The notes beneath the pieces were generated by a model that saw only the letters and a program-made list of their open reading frames with translations, was not told the origin of the DNA and searched no databases. Shown one piece after another: positions 57,353-64,000 of a DNA stretch of 64,000 bases. The stretch is from Nitrosopumilus sp. (GTDB taxonomy: Archaea > Thermoproteota > Nitrososphaeria > Nitrososphaerales > Nitrosopumilaceae). The position numbers and the translations under genes are program-made. The stretch spans positions 960,001 through 1,024,000 of the forward strand of contig OZ245003.1 of the NCBI GenBank assembly GCA_965223425.1, in the 5' to 3' direction. Numbering within the stretch: the first letter of the stretch is position 1; each line of letters starts with the position of its first letter.

Positions 57353-58808
57353 GTCTCTAGTACAGTCTCAGTATCTCTTCTTGAATGCTGGTTCCCCTTT
57401 TCTGCCATGTCAGCAAGCAGCTCACAAGTATGCCAAATACCTTCATGCCTGCTTCGGTGACAAGACGCTGTCTAATCTTGCGCGATATGACGACCCGGCG
57501 AAGCATCCTTTCTGATTCGTTGTTTGTGGGATCCATTCCGGGATGCTTTAGAAACGTAAACAGGTTTGGTGTGGCCTTTTCCAGCTTGTCTCCGAACTTG
57601 CAGTCCGGACAGCCCTTGTACGAATCCGCAATTGCCGTGCAGGAGATCACAAACGAGTCATAATGCGTGTGCGCGTCAGGCCGCAGCGCAACCTGCTTTG
57701 CATCGTGGTATAGCAAACGCAGTTTCTCATACAGCATGGTTTTTGGTTCATCATCACCATCACCATCATCCTGTTCAAATTCGGCATCACACAGTATGTG
57801 TGACCAGCACCGTTGAATTGTTCTGAAACGATTGTATGCCGCATAACCGTCGACTGTCACGGGAATATCCCAGTGAGGAAAGTGAATATCCAGTACGGCA
57901 GCGGCCCTGCTTCTGTCCACATGAATCAGTACCGCATCATCACCGATGCATACCCAGACATATCCCAGTTTGTCGTATATTGTATATGACGTCTCATCAA
58001 GTTTCAGGTATTTTGATCTGCCAATCTTTTCTTTCCATGACTCTACCTCTGACTCTAACGCTCCTCCTAATGCAAACAGCGCGTTTTGTATTGTTTTTTT
58101 GCAGATTGACGTGTCATACAGGCTTGCTGCCTCCCTGATTGAGTTCAGGCTGCAGCCTTGTTTATACATCGACATGGTTATTGTCATGAGGTTCTTGCCA
58201 ATCGATGTTCCGTCTATTCCGACCTGGGGCGTTGTGACATGTCCGCACCTGCAGGTGCAGTGCTGTATGACGTTGTTTGTGGATACGGTCCTTGGAATCT
58301 CCGGAATGTCGACTGTCATCTTTGTCGTGGTCTTTGTAACTGTAATGCCTTTGCTGCCGCACTTTGCGCATTTCTTTGGCCTGTGCACCGTTGTGTGACA
58401 AGGCCTTCTCTTGTGGGATGCGCCGACGTGGCCTGCACTTGCTCCGCCCTTGTTTGGAGGGGGGGAGGAGGAGGAGGAGGAACCGCCTTTTGCACGGTCT
58501 GCCTTTTTTCGGCGCGTGGGAATGGAGTTTGCCGACGGCGGTGAGTGCGGATTCTCGTAGAACGCTACGCGCCTCTCTAGTTCCGCTATTGTCAAATCCT
58601 TCTCGGCTTCCCTTGCCTGTAATTTTTTTACATCGCCTGCCAACTGGCTGACAATCTTTCGCAAGCTGTCGTTTTCAGCAAATGATTTTGCCAGAGCATC
58701 CCGTAATATCTTGATCTCCGAGTCACTCATTAGACAGAGTCAGGGATCATCGAATTTGGATCAGTATGATCTAGAATGTTTGAGTTCGTGACTAATCTAG
58801 CCTCTTAC
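57341..58808 (-). mobile_element. IS66-family element, single-ORF type
   Basis: 12-bp TIR GTAAGAGGCTAG (57341-57352, 58797-58808); no matching 8-bp TSD. Confidence 0.9.
57357..58730 (-). CDS. IS66-family transposase, apparently intact
   Basis: Leucine zipper, HSPPS, CAKCG...CTCRCG, LDETS, DGY, QRCWSH, TNNESER. Confidence 0.92.
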   Translation of the reverse strand: MSDSEIKILRDALAKSFAENDSLRKIVSQLAGDVKKLQAREAEKDLTIAELERRVAFYENPHSPPSANSIPTRRKKADRAKGGSSSSSSPPPNKGGASAGHVGASHKRRPCHTTVHRPKKCAKCGSKGITVTKTTTKMTVDIPEIPRTVSTNNVIQHCTCRCGHVTTPQVGIDGTSIGKNLMTITMSMYKQGCSLNSIREAASLYDTSICKKTIQNALFALGGALESEVESWKEKIGRSKYLKLDETSYTIYDKLGYVWVCIGDDAVLIHVDRSRAAAVLDIHFPHWDIPVTVDGYAAYNRFRTIQRCWSHILCDAEFEQDDGDGDDEPKTMLYEKLRLLYHDAKQVALRPDAHTHYDSFVISCTAIADSYKGCPDCKFGDKLEKATPNLFTFLKHPGMDPTNNESERMLRRVVISRKIRQRLVTEAGMKVFGILVSCLLTWQKRGTSIQEEILRLY

Positions 58809-58845
58809 GATTAATCTAAAGATTAATCTTTAATTCAGCTACTAC

Positions 58846-59298
58846 TTAGCGAGGCGGCTCTTTTTTAATTCTGTAGATGTTTTTCTTTGAAAGAACGATT
58901 GTTTCTCCGTCCTGAGCAGTTCCTTCATAATCAACTGCAATCTTTCCAAATTCTTCATCAATTTCTTCTTTTTCTGAAATTGTAAATTTCAATTTTAAAA
59001 CCTGATCAGTGGATAATGGCCTGAGAAATCTTGTGTTTTTATTGCCCCATTTAGGATCCCCGTCTGTTCCAAGAAAAATAATATGGTTTCCGTAAATCTG
59101 GCTTAGTCTTGTAAATTCCCCCTCCATTCTTGATAAAATTGCTCTTCCTGAAACTATCTGCTGCTCTCCTTTTTGTTTGTCCTCTAAGAATGCATTTCTG
59201 ACTCTTGAGAAACTCAGATATTCTTTTAATTCTTTGTCTGATATGCTGCATGTTGAAAAAAAAGAATCTCCAACCCTAAACTCGGAAAATTTTTTCAT
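58846..59298 (-). CDS. Hotdog-fold (MaoC-like) protein
   Basis: FSEFRVGD, TRFLRPL..D; start overlaps the SDR stop codon. Confidence 0.65.
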   Translation of the reverse strand: MKKFSEFRVGDSFFSTCSISDKELKEYLSFSRVRNAFLEDKQKGEQQIVSGRAILSRMEGEFTRLSQIYGNHIIFLGTDGDPKWGNKNTRFLRPLSTDQVLKLKFTISEKEEIDEEFGKIAVDYEGTAQDGETIVLSKKNIYRIKKEPPR

Positions 59299-61067
59299 TA
59301 TCTTGACTCGTCAACACAGAAAATAACTTCAGCTGATGAAGCTGCACTATCTGATACAAGGAAATTAAATGCATCTGCAATTTTTTCATTATCTGGCTCT
59401 CCGCCTGCAACTGTGCCAGGAAGTATTGTAAACATTCTAATTTTTGATTTTAAGACATCACTTAGTTCCTGATTAACTGTGGTTGTAAATGGTCTTAGCG
59501 CCCCTCTGAACACTTCCACTTGGGCCCTTTGAGTTCCTGTCACTTTTCTTCCAACTGGCAAATCTGGACCAACTATCATAATTGCACCCCTTGCATCTTT
59601 GTAAAGGCGGGGATCCTTGCTTCCTCCCGGAACAAATTGTTCAAGCGTTCTTTGTGCCACTGTCGCCGGGGTTGAAATGAATTTTTCACCAAGTGCTTCC
59701 CATTTTGCCCTTGATAGTTCAGTCAATTTTGATATCTCTGGCAGTTTGCCCGTAACGTGAATCACACCTAAAATTTCACCAATGTTGGTTTTGGCAGTGT
59801 TTAGCCACTTTTCTACTTTGTCGGGATTCTTGATATCTACTACGTGAGAATGGAATCTGCCACTAATGGACTCTTGAAGTTCTTTTGGTGTTTCTTGTGA
59901 AATAAAACATGCAACTTTTCCACCGTTTTTCTCAACATGCTGTGCCAAAAATTCTACTCGTTTGGCATCTGTTTTGTCAGTGGCATCGACTGTGATTACG
60001 ACTGCTTTTCCACCAAAGTCTGGTTGGTGGACTCTTGGTGTTGCGGTTCCAATATGGGCTTTGACAGGATAAAACACCCTATCGCCTGGAACCACTTTGC
60101 CGTTTAGAATCTTTGCTATTTTGTCATCACACAAGTTTAGAACTGATTCTGCAACTTGTGATTGTGATAGGAATTCTTGATCTGCAATCATGTGTGATGT
60201 GTTGTTCTGAACTTTTTCTGCTATGGCTTGAATTTTATTTAATAGACTTGTAAGTGTCTCAGTTAGTTTAGATACATCTTTTCCATTTGCCAATTTTTCT
60301 GCAGCTTTTGCAACGCCTTCTTTGACTGTATTTTTGTCTTCTCCTAACAATGGAAGTAATTCTTTGTTTGCTGCACTCACCTCTGCTGGATTCAGATCTT
60401 CAAAACCGCTTACCCTCATAAACTCTGATGCAGCTTTTGGATAAACTGTCTTGTAAATTCTATCAGAATGTACTGGTCCTGGATTTGTTGCAATTGACAT
60501 GATTCCTTTATCTACTAGTTCCCATGACATTGCTTCGGCTAATCTATTTTTTGCACCTTGAGAAGCAGTATATGGACTTCTAAATCTGTATGGCCTTTGC
60601 TCTAATGGCCTTTCTTCAGTAAAGAATGTTGAAATTGTGATAATTTTCCCGCCTTCTTTCATAACCTTTAGTGCTTGAACTGAACCCCAGAATGTACCTG
60701 TAAGATGTATTCCTATGGTGCTTTTGAATTCATCTAGTGGCGCATTTGCAAAACATGTGACAGGACCTGAAACTCCTGCATTGTTAATCATGTAATCCAC
60801 AGTAACGCCGTCGTTTTTAAGCGAGTCAAACGTGTTGTTCATTGCAGCCTCATCAGCTACATCGACTCCTGCAAAAATTCTAACTGACGCCCCGCTGTCC
60901 TGGGGAACTTTTCCTTCAAGTTCTTTTGCTGCTTCTTCTAATGGCTCTTTTCTTCTTCCAAGAATAATCACACTTGCTCCATTCTCAACAAATTTTGTGG
61001 CAATGGCCTTGCCTATACCTGTACCACTACCTGTAATCAGAGCAATTTTGTCTTGGAATTTTAGCAT
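59298..61067 (-). CDS. Two-domain SDR oxidoreductase resembling the C-terminal part of malonyl-CoA reductase
   Basis: TGSGTGIG, NNAG, PYRFRSPY (YxxRxxY), PGPVHSDR; ATG 61067 likely start. Confidence 0.85.
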   Translation of the reverse strand: MLKFQDKIALITGSGTGIGKAIATKFVENGASVIILGRRKEPLEEAAKELEGKVPQDSGASVRIFAGVDVADEAAMNNTFDSLKNDGVTVDYMINNAGVSGPVTCFANAPLDEFKSTIGIHLTGTFWGSVQALKVMKEGGKIITISTFFTEERPLEQRPYRFRSPYTASQGAKNRLAEAMSWELVDKGIMSIATNPGPVHSDRIYKTVYPKAASEFMRVSGFEDLNPAEVSAANKELLPLLGEDKNTVKEGVAKAAEKLANGKDVSKLTETLTSLLNKIQAIAEKVQNNTSHMIADQEFLSQSQVAESVLNLCDDKIAKILNGKVVPGDRVFYPVKAHIGTATPRVHQPDFGGKAVVITVDATDKTDAKRVEFLAQHVEKNGGKVACFISQETPKELQESISGRFHSHVVDIKNPDKVEKWLNTAKTNIGEILGVIHVTGKLPEISKLTELSRAKWEALGEKFISTPATVAQRTLEQFVPGGSKDPRLYKDARGAIMIVGPDLPVGRKVTGTQRAQVEVFRGALRPFTTTVNQELSDVLKSKIRMFTILPGTVAGGEPDNEKIADAFNFLVSDSAASSAEVIFCVDESR

Positions 61068-61164
61068 AGATAAACTGTCAAAACTTTTGTGATATTTATG
61101 GATTGATCTCTGTAAAAAACAATTTCTTGATATCTTTATTTGTGGGCATGATTCATGATTTTCA

Positions 61165-61401
61165 ATGCATGACACAGAACCAGATACATTTGTCTATAAA
61201 ACCTGGCCTGAAAGGTTTAGTGACATGTTAAAAGAAATTGGAGTAGACTCCGAATCCAAGGAAATCGGAACCGATGATGTTGAAAAAGGTGATTATTACA
61301 GCAGATATTTTGCTCAAACCCCTAGAATGATAACTAATAGAGGGTGTCTTGATGTCAAGGGCTCTAACATCGATGTAATTCAAATTATTCGAAAGGGGTA
61401 A
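61165..61401 (+). CDS. Hypothetical protein
   Basis: 78-aa ATG ORF, co-oriented with next gene (2-nt gap). Confidence 0.65.
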   Translation: MHDTEPDTFVYKTWPERFSDMLKEIGVDSESKEIGTDDVEKGDYYSRYFAQTPRMITNRGCLDVKGSNIDVIQIIRKG

Positions 61402-61403
61402 AA

Positions 61404-61784
61404 ATGCAAGAATCAAATCCAATTTTCCCTTGGGGCGCAGAAGATAGATTTCAAGCACACTTCATTGTCAGAAGGGATACTGGTGCAGGGGTTGAAAACT
61501 ATGTTGCAAAAACACAACTAACTACTAAGGGACATTTTGCTGCTAAAACTATTGTAAAAGTTGACTGGAATGGACACGGTAAATTGTCTTCTAAACTAAA
61601 CGAAGATTTAGAACTTAATGAAATGATTGCAAAACAGTCAATCAAAGACGCCACTATCTATGTTGAGCCTACAGATAATGCAGTTCGAATTAGAAGTAAA
61701 TGGGATAACCACCTTGCATTTGGTATTACCAAAGAGCTCTTTGAGATCTATGATCGGATAGCTGGTCACATAAAATCAATCTAG
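61404..61784 (+). CDS. Hypothetical protein
   Basis: 126-aa ATG ORF. Confidence 0.7.
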   Translation: MQESNPIFPWGAEDRFQAHFIVRRDTGAGVENYVAKTQLTTKGHFAAKTIVKVDWNGHGKLSSKLNEDLELNEMIAKQSIKDATIYVEPTDNAVRIRSKWDNHLAFGITKELFEIYDRIAGHIKSI

Positions 61785-62317
61785 GCCCTCCACCAATCTA
61801 GGGCAAGAAAATCAACCCTGTCTTTTCCTTTTGGAACCGCCAAAATAAATTGCTTTTTTACTGTAGTTGCAAGCCTGCCGGCAAGAACAATCCCTGTGGA
61901 TGTAATTGACTCGTTTCTGTTATACACCTGAATCAAATAGGGCGCATGATCAATTCCGGGCCCTTTTTCATACACTGCAAAGTCACAACCAAATTTTATT
62001 CCGGGATTGATGATGTATCCTTTATCCCTGAAATTTTTGTAAACTAGGTATTTTTTATCAAAATCATAGTGCTCTTTTTTGCAAATCCCAATCATTTGTT
62101 CTACAGTAACTTTTTGCTTGTCTTTTGTAATGGCTATTTTCTTGCTCTCTAAAAGATACAGACCTTCAATCAGATCTAGAATTAATGGGGCATCAATTTC
62201 TTCAATCTTTGGCTTCGGTATTCCTATGGGCTTTCCGTAGTAGCCTTTGCCAAAGAGCTTGCGCGAGTCATCAATGTTCCAAACTATGATTCTATTTTCT
62301 ATTAACTCACTTTTCAT
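61781..62317 (-). CDS. endA: tRNA-intron endonuclease, catalytic subunit
   Basis: VYKNFRDKGY, GIKFGCDFAVY..GPGIDHA, RLATTVKK; ATG 62317 likely start. Confidence 0.92.
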   Translation of the reverse strand: MKSELIENRIIVWNIDDSRKLFGKGYYGKPIGIPKPKIEEIDAPLILDLIEGLYLLESKKIAITKDKQKVTVEQMIGICKKEHYDFDKKYLVYKNFRDKGYIINPGIKFGCDFAVYEKGPGIDHAPYLIQVYNRNESITSTGIVLAGRLATTVKKQFILAVPKGKDRVDFLALDWWRA

Positions 62318-62414
62318 TACACTTGTCAAACGCCAAGCGTATATGAATTCTTTAGTTAAATCAGACATTATTGAAGAATCAAACAAAGTAAAGATTTGGA
62401 ATAATTTGTTTTGT

Positions 62415-63068
62415 TTATAGGCTCAATGCTAGTAATATGAAGGAATCTGACACCCTTTGACATTTATCTGCCATCTCCTCAATTCCTTCAATCACGTCCT
62501 TGATCAACATCAATTCTTTTGTATTTGACACTTCGGTTAGAAGCTTCAGTGTTGCATCTCTGTATTTGATGTCAATTTCCCTCTCTATTGTTTGCGTCTC
62601 TTGAGCTAATTCAATGGCACTTGCGGTGTTTGTGTTTAGACTTCGAATAATTTCATTTAGCTTGTAAACTTGGTCTACAACCAGTTCAATTAACTTTGTG
62701 ATGTCTTTGTCGAGTTTTGCACTTTTTAATGTGGTGACTTTTACGTTTGAGAGTTTGAAGGAAATGCCTGTAATGTAACCTGCGATTTCGTCCATAGTAT
62801 ATGCCGTGTTGAGAAGGTTTTCCCTATTCATGATCAGCCCTCCTACGTCTGCCACTTCTCGTGTGATCTTTCTTCTTAGATTTTCCACTTCGTCTTCGAT
62901 TGTTGAGATTTGTTCTATTGCATTTTTGATTCCTGTCTTATCTTTTTTCATCATAAGCTCAGGTATTGTTGCAAGTTCTCTGGAAGCGTTTAGAATTCTA
63001 TTTATCTCGTCTTGTAAAACTGCTATGGCCTTCCTTTTTGCCTGAACTTCAAGCTCCCCGCTATACAT
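62415..63068 (-). CDS. DUF47/PhoU-like phosphate transport regulator
   Basis: Duplicated helical IE.E.D/E motifs, IEEMADKC. Confidence 0.8.
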   Translation of the reverse strand: MYSGELEVQAKRKAIAVLQDEINRILNASRELATIPELMMKKDKTGIKNAIEQISTIEDEVENLRRKITREVADVGGLIMNRENLLNTAYTMDEIAGYITGISFKLSNVKVTTLKSAKLDKDITKLIELVVDQVYKLNEIIRSLNTNTASAIELAQETQTIEREIDIKYRDATLKLLTEVSNTKELMLIKDVIEGIEEMADKCQRVSDSFILLALSL

Positions 63069-63134
63069 AACAGAAAACAAAAAATCCTAAGGTAATTTAA
63101 ATCCTCTATGATTTTTGATAATTTTTGAGCACAA

Positions 63135-64000
63135 TTATATCAAATTTTTATCATGTGCAACTTTTTTCTGTCCTTTGTACAGCGTAATGACTTCCTCATT
63201 TGTGGAAGCATCCTCGACTGCTTTTTCAACTCTGATCTTTCCTGTAAACTTTGGAAATCTCAAAGCAAGGCCTGCATCTTTTCTTATAGCATCTTTTGCC
63301 GCTTTGTGAATTGGGCTCAGTGTAATTTCTGATGCTACAACTTCTATCACTAATTCTGGTTCAAACCACACATCAGCTTCCATTTCACTGTAGATCCGTG
63401 GATTTTTCTTGATTGTCACTTTTGGATTTAAAATCTGATATAACTGATCCAAATCTTCATCTGAAAAACCCGTTCCAACTTTACAAATGCTAGTGAAAAC
63501 GTCCCCATCTTCGTCATATGTTGCAAGTAATAACGTCCCATAACTTCCAGTCCTTCTGCCTTTTCCAAAAAATCCCCCTATCACAACAAGATCTAAACTG
63601 TCTCCTAATTCATTTTGATATTCACGCTTTAGTTTTAACCAATAACTTCCCCTTGAACCTGCTTGATATGGCTTGTCAAGCATTTTTAACATCAAGCCTT
63701 CACTGCCTGCATTGATACTATTTTCCAAAAAGTCCTCGATCTCGTTATTGTTTTTGACTGTTGTCATTGGGATGTGTTTTGCAAAATCTCCCTCCTCGAC
63801 AACTTTTTCTAGTTTTTCTCTTCTGTCTTTGTAAGTTGATTCTAAACAGCTTTTTCCATTGCAGTACAAAATATCAAAAAAATTAACTGTAATCGGATAT
63901 TGCGCAACTGCTTTTTCTATTTTGTATTTTCGTCTTCTATGCATTAATTCTTGAAATGGTAAAAACTCACCCGTGCTCTCGTTGATTGCCACTGCCTCTG
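63135..64000 (-). CDS. lig: ATP-dependent DNA ligase (3' part, runs off the window)
   Basis: FDILY, EGLMLK, WLKLK, DLVVIG, LRFPKF. Confidence 0.95.
   Translation of the reverse strand, partial: EAVAINESTGEFLPFQELMHRRRKYKIEKAVAQYPITVNFFDILYCNGKSCLESTYKDRREKLEKVVEEGDFAKHIPMTTVKNNNEIEDFLENSINAGSEGLMLKMLDKPYQAGSRGSYWLKLKREYQNELGDSLDLVVIGGFFGKGRRTGSYGTLLLATYDEDGDVFTSICKVGTGFSDEDLDQLYQILNPKVTIKKNPRIYSEMEADVWFEPELVIEVVASEITLSPIHKAAKDAIRKDAGLALRFPKFTGKIRVEKAVEDASTNEEVITLYKGQKKVAHDKNLI

Noticed and set aside
58809-58836. GATTAATC repeated twice, within palindrome AAAGATTAATCTTT, beside IS66
   Set aside because: Both copies are on the same side of the element, so it is not its TSD; short AT-rich palindromes arise by chance.

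Overview
Chromosomal segment of an ammonia-oxidising archaeon (Nitrosopumilaceae-like Thaumarchaeota), probably host-associated given its heavy IS load, eroded genes and Cenarchaeum-style giant surface protein (lifestyle is inference). The AT-rich backbone carries cdvB-paralog/cdvC, carAB, atpF, lsrF, ilvB-ilvN-leuA-leuB, aspS, mpg/udg/tldD, a PIN-domain ATPase, a malonyl-CoA-reductase-like SDR, endA and lig. Three mobile-element islands interrupt it. The main result is a cryptic composite transposon at 12440-27232. A decayed ISH3-family IS on the left and a ~100-bp MITE with the same ends on the right bracket a GC-rich 3924-aa adhesin-like gene. Its right end only appears after removing a younger ISL2-type IS that inserted into the terminal repeat (3-bp TSD GCT). 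This restores a perfect 14-bp TIR and a 5-bp TSD (TATAC) shared with the far-left end. The cargo has two 7-unit arrays of ~186-bp near-identical repeats whose variation is concentrated in two short loops. The other islands (about 37.1-40.0 kb and 54.3-58.8 kb) are nested IS stacks (ISH3, IS66, IS5, IS110 and possible IS630 remnants). P-II and NusA-like genes are pseudogenised. No rRNA, tRNA or CRISPR array was seen.
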